Origin: Azolla caroliniana
Lineage: Eukaryota; Plantae; Polypodiophyta
Direction of reading: 5' to 3'
DNA: 64,000 bases
Assembly: GCA_043228905.1 (NCBI GenBank)
Contig: JBHGNT010000002.1
Span: 4,836,001-4,900,000, forward strand
Numbering within the stretch: the first letter of the stretch is position 1; every line of letters starts with the position of its first letter. Below the pieces are notes generated by a model. That model was not told the DNA's origin and ran no database searches. It saw nothing but the letters and a program-made list of their open reading frames with translations. The translations under genes were made by a program, and so were the position numbers. Below, piece by piece: positions 11,801-24,686 of the stretch.

Positions 11801-12585
11801 TGTTTCCGGCTCACTGGCCTCATCTTCCGGAATCAAGTTGGAGTCAATAGAGAGTACCATGATGTCGACTCATCAAATTCGACATCTTAGCTCAACTAAG
11901 GCGGTCCGATGACCATCTACATCCAAAACCGGATCGGGGATAAGGTGTCAGCACTCAAGCTACAGACGGAAGCCGAATTTGAGACACCTTAGGATATTCA
12001 GTAGCATTGCATATGTGCATGTGCCGGATGAGAAGCGGAAAAAGCTAGACCCGAAGTCGAAGAAGTGTATCCTTGTCGGCTACTCACATGAGCAAAAGGG
12101 TTATAAGTGCTATAACCCCCGAACAAAACAAGTTCGAGTGAGTAGAACTTGGGCATGCTCTTCTCTTCCAACATTGTCTGTGCTGCCTCCACAATAGACC
12201 GGTTCTTCCTTTCGGCCACACCATTGAATTCTCTCCGAATACCCTTTTGTTGAAGGTAACTGTTGAATTGGCCGGAAAAGTATTCTTTTCCGCCATCTGA
12301 CCGCAGGCACTTGATCTTTCTCTCTTTTTCCCATTCAACAAGACTTTGTAGGTTTCGGAAACAGTTGAAGACTTTGCTTTTCTTCTCGATGAGATAGATT
12401 CACGTGTGCCGGTTGTAGTCATCAATGAAGGAGACGAAATATCAGCTCTCGTAAAGACTAATGTTCTGTGTTGGTCCCCATACATCCGAATGTATCAAGT
12501 CAAGCTTGTTACGGCTCTGGTTTCTTTCGGTGGGGAATGGAAGCTAGTGTTGCTTCCCGAGTTGGCAGGCTTCATGATTTGTCTA
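8810..12585 (-). mobile_element. 5'-truncated Ty1/copia LTR retrotransposon (integrase-RT-RNase H, 3' LTR 8810-9273)
   Basis: LIHSDVWGP, AERKNR, LLYVDDL, RRSTSG and KHIEVHYHF motifs. PPT CTTGAGGGGGAG abuts LTR TGTTGAGC...TTTTACA. Same family as the 31596-37054 element. Confidence 0.92.
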
Positions 12586-13339
12586 GTTATAATTGCCTAG
12601 GCGGTTAAGAAACCTACTTTCCTTAGTTCTAAAGTCATGATTTGTCTTTGTGTTAATAAAGTAGCATTTTGCATAGCTTTGTCATACTTACATCTTTTTT
12701 TTCAAATCCAAATGCAAGATTTGTAGAAGATGTGACACAATTGAGGTTGAATATGTGAGATGGTATTGCATTTGACAACTTCATTTGGAGTAGCAATGGG
12801 CCTGGTTCGGTTTGGTTCGGTTCGTTTTTTGGCCTTGAAACCAAACCAAACCATTTATTAAGAAAAAAAACCCAACCAAACCGTTTGAACATTTTGAAGC
12901 CATTTAAACCAAACCATTTTGAACCAAACTGTTTACACCAAACCATTTAAGAAGTATGAGAAACCAAACCAAAGCATTTACAAAAAAATCAGAACCAAAC
13001 CAAACCATTTACGAAAAAACCAAAACCAAACCAAACCAAACCACTTTAAGAAAATGTAACAAAAGACATTGCAACATCTAAACCAGAACCAGAGATTCGT
13101 TAAACATAATAAACATAAGTAGAGGTTAAATAAAACCAAAGACAAATAATAATAAACAAAGCGAATTAGAGAAAGAAAAACATAAATTGATTCGTTTTTT
13201 GGAATGAAATCCTAGAGCTTATGACCAACAATCGATCATATAGAGTTCACGTCAACATTTAAGTTTGTATCCACCATTTACAACAAAGTCAAAAATATAA
13301 GAAAAATGTGAAAAACCTCTACATAAACTAATGCTCCTC

Positions 13340-15718
13340 GTTTAGTTTCCAATGTTTACTTTCAGCTTGAATTACGGATTCCTGGAAGTATAAAATATGT
13401 AAAAGAAGTAATTAGTAATAAAATAATAACAAATTCGTAAAAGTATGCACTAAGAAAGTACAATGTCTTTGAGGATCTCCAATTGCAACTTGCATTTCAT
13501 GGACTTGTGAAAAAGTACCATGATTCATGTACCATGTACATATAAAAAACATCAAATAAGTAAAAAACTAGTAATGAAAAATAAACTTAAAGAATGAATT
13601 AAAAGGTATGCACACCTTATCTCCCATGATTATCACGTAACATGTAATCTATTACCTCGTCTTCACCAACAAGATCATCTAGATTAAATTTTAGTTCTTC
13701 ATAAGCCATGTGAAAGTTATCTGTTATTTGAACATCTGATTCTTGCAAAACTTGCATCCATGATCAAATACACATTTCGGTCTTGAATGTGCATGAATGT
13801 AGTTTGATCCTAACATCAAAGGTCAATTTTGTTGCTGAATTTTCCTCTTCAGCAGGCATTGATGATGCTGGTATAGCAAGGTAATCACATGCCATCCTAT
13901 ACAGTTGTGGCATTGCAAATTTATTATCATGCCACCATTGTAAAGGATCCTTGTCTGTGCTAGCTAAAGGAAGTCTTATGAACTGCTCAATTTTTTATCG
14001 TGAATCAGAAACAAGACTTTTATTGTGTACACCCATTAACCTCCAAATTTTAGAGTTATTATCAATAGGTTGTGTTGTGGTTGAAGGTGGCTCAACACCA
14101 CTCGAGAATGAGTGGTAATGGGACTCAATCATGCCTTCAACCAGCTTAATATCCAACTCTCTTTCAATATGGTCATTTGGAATAGGAAATCTAAAGGAAT
14201 GAAAAATATTATTAAACTCAAATAAAATATCAGAAAGCATGAAGACAATTGTAAAACTTAACAGAAAGTATTACCTGGGATCAAGAAACATTGCAATGCG
14301 CGATGGAATAGACTTTAACGATTCTTCATACTTAATTAAATATTGTAAGCAGTTCTCAAACGCTTTTTGAAGCACCTCTTGTGTGAATCTAGATGATCCC
14401 GGAAGTGAAGAATCTAAAAACTGATTAAAATGATTAAGTAAACAATTATAAGCTAGTGATGCTAGTGATGTTAGTGATAATGTAGGATATCTTGATCCTC
14501 CTAGAAAGGTAGAAACCTCTGCAGGTGTTTCTAACCATTCCTCCATAGCATGTATGTGACTCCAATCTTCTACGATCAAGACATAACCATTGAAATCACT
14601 TGAAATTGTTAGATCTGAATTGTAAAATTCAACATATCTCTATCCTTGATAGCTTGCCTAAACATCTCCAAAGTAGAATTCCATCTTGTAACAACATCAA
14701 GCCTTGGAGGTTCCTTTTCACGATGTTCAACCATCATAGCATACTTCCTATGAACTTCCCTTCGAACCTTGCTAGATCTAATAGTTTGGAGCATTGTTCT
14801 CAACTTTTTCGTTGAGGGTGAGATAATCTCTAATGTTGACTTGATGCCCAATTGAAAAGTGTGCACCATACACCTTAACATGTGTGAGGGAGCTAAAATT
14901 TCCTTACCATGTTCATTTTGTAACAACATGCTCAATTCCTTTACAGCCATTTGTGCATCACTAGCTCCATCAAAAATTGTAGCTAATAATCGACTTGAAA
15001 TATTAAAAGATCCAAGTTGACAAAAGAGGGCATGTGCACAACGTTTCCCTGATCCAACACCTGGAAATACATGCAGAAAATCCAATAGCATGGACCTTGA
15101 TTTTGTTGTCTCGTGACATGCCCAATGAAGTGTCACTGAGTAGAAGCCCTTTAGACTACTATTTGACCAACCATCAAAAGTAATAGAAAATCTTGATTGA
15201 CTTTTTTATAACAAATCTATCACTTGATGGCGCAACACCACATACATTTCTAAGATGGAACGTTTAATCATGCGCCTTGTCTTCATCTGATATCCAGGTA
15301 CAAGATGGTGTACGAACTCTTTAAATGCATCTGATTCCACATGTGCATGAGGCAAAGTTCCCTTGACAATATACTTCATGACGAAACAATCAATTTTCTT
15401 CTCTAAAACACGAGATACTTTAGTAAACTCTATAGAAGATTGAATAATCTTCGAAATACCTGAATTTTGATTTGGTTCGTCTGATAGATGATGCTTTTCC
15501 ATTAAATGCTTAGCTATAGTACCTGTGGATGTTGTTGAAGACCAACAAACATGACAATGATGGCATCGTCGTCGAGGTGTGCCATTATCCATATAAGATA
15601 TGATGTGAGCATTTGTCCATGATGTACGTTGCCTTTTTCTTGACATGCTTGTTTGCCCATGGCTAACATTAATTTATGATGAGTCCATCACTGCATGAGT
15701 TTGAGAAGATGATTCCAT
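13340..15718 (-). pseudogene. hAT transposase (BED zinc finger, DDE core, dimerization domain), disrupted
   Basis: CHHC..KHLMEKHH, SITFDGWS, HMLRCMVH, LDVVTRWNST, AMFLDPR with intron ~14274-14191, and DPLQWW..RMACDYLAIPASS. Premature stops, e.g. 15206. Confidence 0.9.
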
Positions 15719-16458
15719 TTAATGTTGTCCCTATAAAACATAAAAAAAGAAAGCATGTTATGTATATAATACACATATTTTGTCCATAAGATAGTAACTA
15801 CCATGACTATGACTCATATTATATATATGCATGATTGCATCCTCTTATTAATTAAAATGGTCATATTGCATACACACATCTACCACATATTCTTTATCAC
15901 ACCCTATAAGCCATGTGCATGCATGTTCATATCAAATTGGGAAGTAGGAATAACTAATTGCCTCTTGATGAATTTGTTTAGTGCTGAAAATTGGCAACAT
16001 AACATAATAGGAATACATGGTTCAAATAATCAAAATAGACAATCTCCTTTTGCATAGGCAACCAGGACCATACTAACATAAGGTTATGTTATTAATAGCA
16101 ATAGTAAACAACATTGTATGTACTGAGCAAAGACAATGCAAACAAGTTAAAAAGCTCACAAAAACTACTAGATTCGAATGATCTCAAGCAAGAGAAAAGA
16201 TGCACAAGTAGAGGCAACACCAATATATACAATCAAACTAGGGAATTATATACTGTATAAGCCATTTTTAAAACATTCCTAAAGAATCCATGATAAGCTT
16301 TCGGTTCTTTCAATCTTTGATTTTTGAGAAGTGAAATACCACTAAAGAATATATTCCAAAAGGGCATGATAGAGTAATTCTCTTTGCTAAAGTTTTTGCG
16401 AACTATTTAATTTCAAATGTTGTATCCATCGCATGCAACTCTTCGTTGGCTTCAGCCC

Positions 16459-16670
16459 GTATGAGCATTGAAGTACTTGTCAGTACTTCTGTCAGTCCTT
16501 TTTAAGGACTTGTATTAAAAGTGTTCTGTAGGACATTTGTATGTACATAGTGTTATTATTTTTTAATTGAGTTTATGCTATTCTGCTCTCTCTGTCTCTC
16601 CTATGTACTGTGTATTCTTAAGCTTCCATTAAACCTTCATTTCTATTTTATTGTTGTTATCCGGCTGAGT
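16459..16670 (+). repeat. Internal fragment of the 8810-9273 copia LTR, in inverted orientation
   Basis: Reverse complement matches ~8845-9047 (actcagccggataacaacaataaaatag...caatgctcatac). Confidence 0.9.
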
Positions 16671-16689
16671 CACAATATCTATCGATCCG

Positions 16690-18340
16690 TCTGAAATTCT
16701 CCAACCCTATATTGTGACTCATAGAGCGCAATTCGTCTCGTGTAGAACCTCATTTATCACTCGAAGACGAAGCACATAGAGGTGAGGTATCACCACATTT
16801 AGGAGCTTGTCACTAACCAGAAGCTTGAAATCTGAAAATTCGATACCAATGTGAACATCGTCGATAGCCTGACAAAGCCGCTCCTAGATCATCGCTTCAG
16901 AGCACTAAGGAGACAAATGGAACTACAACAAGCTGAGGAGAACAAGAAAGCCGAATCAAAGGAAGAGTCGACCGACAAAAAGGTTGAATGGTCCAAAGGA
17001 GTCGAGAAGGCCGAAAGGGTTGAATGAGCCATAGAGCCGAAAGGCCGAAAATGCCATAAAACCCGAAAGAGCCAAAAAGCCTAAAGATGATCGAAGAGCC
17101 AAAGAGCTTAAATCCGATCGCAAGACCGAAAGGGCCGAAAGGGGGAAAGAGGACCGGAAGCCAACTCAATCGACCAAGCCAAAGAGCTGAATAGTCGACC
17201 AAGCCAAAGGCTGAATGACTGAAGTGCTGACCCAACCAGACTCGACCACTCCCGATTCGAGAATTAGTCTTTTAGCCTTGTAAATTCTAATTGCAATTCA
17301 AATTTAAATTATATTTAAGTTTATGGGGGAGATCACCCCTATATTGTTGTAACAACTACAGTAGTCCTTTTACGGGGGAGTTTGCTGGACCAAAAGTCCT
17401 ACTCCACCCATTTGTATCTTCTTAGTGTGAACACTCCCTAAGGGAGTTAGGACTTAGTTACCCTAAGTATAAATATGGGGAACGAAGACTTGTAAACAAG
17501 TTCAAGAGTGTCGCGGAAATCCGCACGTGTGTGTCGACTTAGGCGGGACAACCGCGGCCATTTAGGCTGGACCCGGGCACAACTAGAAGAAAACTTAACC
17601 AGATAGGAAGAAGAAGAAGAAGAAGAACTAAACCCTAATCAAGAGAAAGGAAAATGATATAGAGGGGAACCTAGAACCAAAACCCTAAAACGAAATGGGG
17701 ATAAGAATAACTAAAACCCTAACTGTCTACCTCAAAAAGACAAAATGGCGACCCCCTTTATGGTGCCTCCTCACCCCATTTTATAGTGAAAATGGGTGAG
17801 ACTTATTACTAAAGGAGAGGCCAAATATTCTACTCTTTTCAAGGAAGAATATTTGCCTTGATTTTAGGAGGAGAGATTGATGGGGCCTTAACTCCCTCTC
17901 CTCTCATTTTCACACACACACTACCATGCCCTCTATTTATTGCACCCTTACTTCCATGCACTCCCCTTAGTCTACATGTACACCTAAGTGCACATCACAT
18001 TTATACTTTGCGAACTTTGTAGTGTACTTTTAGCACCTTACATTTCTCCTTTCCTTATACATTTGTTTTTCTTATTCCTATTTACAATTTACTCAATGTA
18101 TGTGCAGTTGCACATCCCTGTTTTATTCGTCCCACTCGACAACGAGATTTGAAGAGTAACAATCTCTTTCTCACTATAACTGAAAATCCTCACGACAACG
18201 GGATTTGAAGAGTAACAATCTCTTTCTTATGCTCTAACGATCTAACTGACTTTCTCCATCTTTCTTGTATATCTTTGTTGAGATTAAACAATGCACCTCA
18301 TATTCTACATGTCTGCATGCTTGGCCTATTCCCATTAACA
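16690..18340 (+). mobile_element. 3' remnant of a copia element (RNase H C-terminus, PPT, 3' LTR ~17382-18340)
   Basis: LYCDS..YHSKTKHIEVRYH..DSLTKPL. PPT ACGGGGGAG at ~17372. LTR ends ...ATTAACA. Confidence 0.7.
17509..18141 (-). mobile_element. Solo LTR of the gypsy family seen at 48898-49597, inserted in a copia LTR
   Basis: TGTCGC..CGCACGTG..AGGCGGGAC aligns gaplessly with 48898. Ends CGACA; flanks AAGAG/ACGAG. Alternative end at 18197 because of a 56-bp duplication. Confidence 0.7.
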
Positions 18341-18350
18341 AGATCCATTC

Positions 18351-18651
18351 TTTTTTTTTTAGTAACACTTTTATTACTAGTGGAAACCTCAAAATGAGGT
18401 GAAAACCCACAAAGAATAAAGAAAAATATACAAGTGTCGATTAGACACTAAAGAGCTTAAAAGCACTCAAAGTAAAGATTGTAAATTTGCAGTGTGATGT
18501 CTCTAAGTTGCAGACAATCAAATAGAGATTGCCTGAGGGATTGCTTAAAGAAGCTACTTCATGCAGTTGGTTTCAATCAAAGGCCTTATTATTGCGGGTT
18601 GTCCAAATGGTCCAAAGTGCGCATCGTGTCCATTGGAGAAAATATGCATTG
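18351..18651 (-). mobile_element. 5'-truncated LINE insertion (301 bp) with poly(A) tail and 14-bp TSD
   Basis: T10 at 18351. TSD AACAAGATCCATTC at 18337-18350 and 18652-18665. Encodes WTRCALWTIWTTRNNKAF, an L1 ORF2 C-terminal motif. Confidence 0.9.
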
Positions 18652-19942
18652 AACAAGATCCATTCACATTCCGCACAAGTTGACCAATCACACATCAGTC
18701 GACCTAAGCACATATTGTGCCATCAACAATGGTACAACTTACCACGAGATAAATTATGGTCATGCCCGTAACAATACTCACCAAGGGACAATAGCATTGA
18801 TGTGCACATGTAGAAAAATGCTCATGACATTGCCAGTAAACTTTGTTATCTAATAAACATCAACAATCAATGTTGGTTGTTTAGGTGGGGACATAGAAAA
18901 CGACAATGTTTGGGAAGTCTTACTCCTAAACTCTTGTGCAATTTTCCTTGACTTAATCGTAATAGATAGCACGATAATATGTTATGCCACAATGGCAAAT
19001 TCAAATTCCTAGGGTAAACATCCAATAAGCTAGTTAGTTGTTGTTTATGTTGTATTCTTCAAGTTGTGCACTTATTAAAAAACAACCTCATACGCGTCGT
19101 CATGGTGAATTGGTACATTGAAACCAACCTTGCCACCACAACTACCAAACAAGGCTATGACATTATGGAAATATGATTCTATTCTTAACGTTATAAAATG
19201 TGACGTTTTTGTGTCATGATAAATAACAAATTTAATTATCCATTCTTGTGACATTTAAAGCCACATATACAATGTAACATGATGGTAAATGCCTCCATAA
19301 AATAAATAATTGAAAGAAAGCTCTCCTCATAAACTCTCTTTTTTCTCTAATGCTCTCCCTGTCTCTTCCATATTTGAACTTGAAGACGATCATAAAATCT
19401 ATCTCTCTTCAGCTCTCCCAATCACACTCCACCTCTCATGCTTGTTTACTTTCTCTCCCTCTCATGCTTGTTTACTTTCTCTCTCTCTCATGCTATTTTC
19501 CTCTCACTCAATCTATATATCTAAATCAAATTATGTTCAATAAATAAACTCTTTTGATTAAATCATGTTTATGAAATTGTAAAAAAATTAAAATGCATAT
19601 AAGTCAATTAATTAATCATCATAAGTTTGAGATTATAATGTATGGAGTTGTGTCCTTCAAAAGCTAAATTATATAGATGACATATATAGGCATGTATGAG
19701 AAAGATACAAGGGACAAAAGACGAGATGATATAAGAAATGAGATTGTATAATGATTCTAAATGTTCTATTATTTTCGACCCTAAAATCAGATGACCACTT
19801 ACGTTAAATGACACATTTATATAGTGTCTCTTCCCCCCAATAGAAAACCTTACTAGATTCATACTTTATATATATGGAAAACCATGGACTTAACTTCTGA
19901 TTTTATGGAAACCATGGTTTCAAATATATGGGTTTACAAAAA

Positions 19943-20866
19943 CTATGTCCTTAACCTATGATTTTGTAGACACTATAGTTTTGTGTAGGATCTGTGTGTC
20001 CCACGGAAGCACCTCAGTAGTTGTCAAGTACCTCCAAGCCGCTAACTCACTTAAAAATGTGTGATTAACACTAATATCTCTCTCACACTCTCTCCCTTAC
20101 TCTCTTAGATAAGTGAAGATAAAGAATATGCTTTATTACACCCTCTTATTATTAAGAGGTCTAGCACCAACAAAGAGGAGAGATTAGCGTGTATTAACTA
20201 AAAAGTATCACTAATCTCTCTTAAGCTTATGATTACTAGAAGGAGAGGACTCCGAAGCTTAGAATAAGTTTATCACATAAGGGATTCTCAAGAATGCAGA
20301 AGCACAAAAAAGTCCCCACAAGGTGTCTTTTATAGCTTTTACATTACAAGTGTGGTCATTTTACACCAAACCGTGTCCTTAACCCATGATTTTGCAGACA
20401 CTATAGTCTTGTGTAGGATCTATGTGTCTCACGGAAGCACCTCTATAAATCCATGAAGTTATGCCTTCTGTCAATGTAGTTTGCTTGGGTATTGGACAAG
20501 TGTATACCCTATTGGTGGCAAACCGGGCAAAGGTAGTTGTCAAGTACCTTTGAGCCGCTAACTCACTTAACAATGTGTATTGACACGAATATCTCTCTCA
20601 CTGTCTTGTTTACTCTCTTAGAAATGAAAATAAAGAATATTGTTTATTACACCCTCTTACTAAGAGGTCTAGCACCAACAAACATGAGAGATTAGTGTTT
20701 ATCAACTACATATTGTCACTAATCTCTCTTGAGCTTATGATTACAAGAAGGAGAGGAAGCTTAGAATACTAATCACTTACAGGATTCTAAGGAATGTAGA
20801 AGCACTAAAAAGTCACCACGAGGTGGCTTTTATAGCTTTTACATTATAAGCGTGGTCATTTCACAC
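19943..20866. repeat. Imperfect tandem duplication (~425 and ~495 bp) of an LTR-like sequence
   Basis: gtccttaacc.atgatttt..gacactatagt...ggaagcacctc...ggtcattt.acac occurs twice; the second copy has a ~95-bp extra segment. Confidence 0.8.
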
Positions 20867-22585
20867 TTGGCTGTCGATTGGCTTGCCTTTCCCCGTATTG
20901 ACTACTTCTACTCCCCTTTTGTATGTTGCTCAGTATTCTTTGTTGATGAGCTCTTCTTCATGGCCATTGTTTGTTGCATTCCATACACTTAACAAGTCTA
21001 GAAGTTTTCTGCACTTTAATGTTATAATAACATCTTATTGATTAGTATTTTACTAATACTACCTAGTGGTAGTCATATATGTTGTAGTAGAATTTGGAGG
21101 TTCTAAACCCCCCTCATACATATTTCTATATACATATATCATGGAGTAGTATTTGATAGGTGAGAATCCATGTTTTCACACTGTTATCATGAAGTTAATT
21201 GTGCATGTGTGAAATATGATCGGGACCATCAAGGACCTAATCCAAGAAAGATGGGTTTGGCTCGAGTTGATGACTTTGAGACCCTCGTAATTGTTGATTG
21301 TAATGGTTGTAAGTGTTCTTTGGATGCCCTTGATAGACTTTGATCATGTAACTATGTGATGGGGATTCAAAAGCATACAAGTTTACGAAAATTTGATACT
21401 TCAAATTTTGGACAAACTACTCAACAACTTACACGAGTCTCTTGAAAGGCTTAAGATCAGGATACAATTCAATTTATCAGCGATCAATCCAAATACAATC
21501 ATTTATAAATGGCATGATTCCAAGTTACAATTGAATTTTCAATAAAAAGAGAGTAACCCCGATATATTTTTCCAATTGATAATGGAAAGGACAGATATTA
21601 CAATAATTAACTTAATGGTAAACCCTCGACCCTTGTGTCAAGAGGTTACGAGTTTAAATCATGACACTAGTGAGGGTCTAAGCTTTTGTATGCATGCACA
21701 TTCAAAGTTAATCATTTTAATTATATATATACATACATATATATTTGAGTATTCGTTGTGTGTGCCAATGCATGTGTACTCGAGCTCAATTGTAAGTATA
21801 TAATTCTATATGAACTTGTGAATGCTTGCTCGTATATATGCAAGTGAAATATAAGTGGAAGCTTAGGTATTTGGATGTATATAAATAAGAAGAAAGATGA
21901 ACATGTAACATTCTTACAAGGAATTGTTGCTATGGCCTGGTTTCGGCTTGAACCGAATTGAACTGTTAAGCCATGGCTTAAAGGTTTATAAGTTCTAAAA
22001 TAATTAAATGGTTTGGTTTGGTTTTAGTTATTAATAAACGGTTTGGATTGGTTTTGAAACTGGGGTTTATCAGTTTAAGTGGTTTGGTTTAAAGGTTTAT
22101 AGGTTATTGGGCTAACTCTTTTTATCCTTTAAATGTTTATGTAATTTAATGGTTTAATTAATGTTTTTTATTGATTTAATTCACTTAACTTAAATATTTA
22201 TTTAATCTAATGGCTTAATTAATGCTTGTTTATTTATTTAAACATAAATGTTTATTTAATTTAGTGTATTTTTATTTATTTAATTTTTTAATAAGTTTGG
22301 TTTAAATGTGGTTAGGTTTTAACTTTTTATTAAATGGCTCAGTTTGGTTTTAACTTTTCCCTAAAAGGTTTTGACATAAATAGTTTGGTTTACCTTTTCT
22401 TAAATGGTTTGGTTTAATGGCTTGAAAGTTCATAAACGGTTTGGCTTGGTTTTTGTTTTATATAAATAGTTTGGTTTGGTTCGGTTTGGTTTGGTTTCAA
22501 GGCAAAGAAACCGAACCGAACTGGGCCCATTGCTAAGGGATCGCATTAAGAAATGATTTCATATATGAAAACAATGAAATGCAAG

Positions 22586-22732
22586 AAGAAAGATGAATAC
22601 GAGAATATGAACATGCTACTACATGAGAAAGATGAACATGAGAATATGAACATGCTACTACATGAGAAAGGTGAACATGAGAATCTAAACATGCTACATG
22701 AGAAAGATGAACACTAGAATATGAGAACATGA
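22586..22732. repeat. 39-bp tandem repeat x~4
   Basis: GAAAGATGAACATGAGAATATGAACATGCTACTACATGA units. Confidence 0.85.
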
Positions 22733-24686
22733 GGAAGAAGCTCCCTTAACTATGAACTGCTTACTATTCATTGAAGAAGCTTCAAATTTGAGTTAGGCAA
22801 ACAATTAATGGAATGAGCTCCAGCAATGCCATTTGGAGAGCTACTCATAAAAGAAACTCAAATTCTAAGTTAGGAGAAGGCTTTGTTGGAAGAAGAACGA
22901 TGAGGAAGAAGACACTTTAAAATTGGAAAAAGGCGAAGACTTTAATGTGAGGGGGAAATAGCCCCCAAAATGGTAAGATCCCCCCGCTATCCCCCCATTT
23001 TTTGTCTTTATTGCACTTGGTACTACCCCGCCCCACTTCTTAAAACGAATTTTTTTGTCGAAATTGTTTTTTTATTAATTTTTAGTACTAATAATATGAA
23101 CAAATGCCTCCTTCAAAATAAACAAGTTGTTACATTTGATTTTGTTGAAGGTTGAGATTGGGTGTGTCAATGACTAATTTTTTAAGCCAAGAAAAATATT
23201 TAAATGTCCTTCTACGAGGTCCCATTTGCATTTATCAACCCATGTCATACTTAATTTTGTTGGTCTTGTCCAAACGACTGAATCATCATCAATTCGTTTT
23301 CTTAGTTTGCCCCAATCATCTCTAAATTATTGTTTGGTCTTGTTTGTGAACTAGTAGTTTCATGAAATTTCTTACTACCTTCAAAGGATGACTAATAAAT
23401 TAAAGATGTGATGATGAAGGATAATGTGACATCCTCTGGTTCTAGGAAATCTTGATATATAGGACAAAGCAATGAAGATGGAGTCTCAAGGGCAATCTTG
23501 TTGGGAAAGAACCTTTGAGGGGATGTGAGGTTAACAAGAGTTGTGGCATTTCTAAGGACAATTCTTATCTTACGAAAGAGACATTTTTTACAAGGTTACT
23601 TCATATGTTGTCCCCAGTCATTTCATGTACAAGCTTGCTTTACAACAATTGCATTTGTCAAGACCTAGGAAATCTCCAAAAAAGAACTAAACTCCAAGAA
23701 CCAAAACCAAAATTAGTCTTTCGATTGGGAACCTATGTCTAGAAAGAACACAAACTTTGACTGCCACATTTTAGATTCCATCAACTAAAGATGACGTCTT
23801 ACATTATCAATCATTTGAAGCGTTGATAGTTCTCATGTGATGTTTCTTGATTGTGGAAGCTACTTTGGATAAGCGATGCGCCCTTTTCCAAAGCCTAATG
23901 GAACAAAGGCTAGTTTTGATCTATAGAAAGGTTAATTTCTTCTAAGGTTCAATGGTTTCAACTAATTGTTAAGCCATAGATCACTATTCTCTCTACATTT
24001 ACAAGGGTAACAAGGATATGAACCCTTTCTATCACAAGTTTTTCATGTGTTCATATATTTTGAGAGCAATTTTGAGAATCATGTATTAGTGTGAGATAAG
24101 GTGGTTTTCCACCCAATAATATGTCATGCATAGGAAAGAGCTCTCCATTATACAATAATCAATCGATCATGAAGCTAAAACCCCAAAAAAATACATGAAA
24201 CCCCTCCCTACACTATTGGATCACTATTCTCTCTACATTCAACCTAAAACCCTAAAAAATACATGAAATGCCATAGCTGCAAAAATATTTATGACTGATA
24301 TTTAAACAAGAATCAACACTACTCAATCAAGATTGAGGCATCCATACAAGCAAGGCCTTAGATGCTAATGAATTTCACTTAATTTGCATTTCAACATTGT
24401 ACACTTAAGTATAATGTCCAATAAAGTTGCCCATGGCATAAATTAGATAACATGATTTCCACTTCATCTAGGTTTTCTCACAATAGCTATATACATTATT
24501 TGTATCACTACATCCACTAGAAACCACACTTTTGAGGTTTAATGTATGGAGCATTGAGCAATGAATAAAATGAGCACTTCAACTTGACTTATTTGTGTCA
24601 CATTTATGTCAATTACTCTCAAAAACAAAAGGATTAAGTAGCACTTTATGGTAACCCGATAAAGGACTTTGAATTTCGACAATATA

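Larger units (their letters stand above)
12791..22535 (-). mobile_element. hAT-superfamily DNA transposon with nested insertions
   Basis: Imperfect TIRs TAGCAATGGGCC(TG/CA)GTTCGGTT at 12791 and 22535. Subterminal AAACC arrays (12840-13090) and GGTTT arrays (21940-22500). Internal transposase. No 8-bp TSD visible. Confidence 0.88.

Noticed and set aside
12590-12790. SWIM/MULE-like remnant (LCKMLLY)
   Set aside because: Too short and degenerate to support.
22831-22838. ATTTGGAG as the missing hAT TSD
   Set aside because: It matches the left flank but lies ~300 bp beyond the right TIR, so it is probably a chance match.
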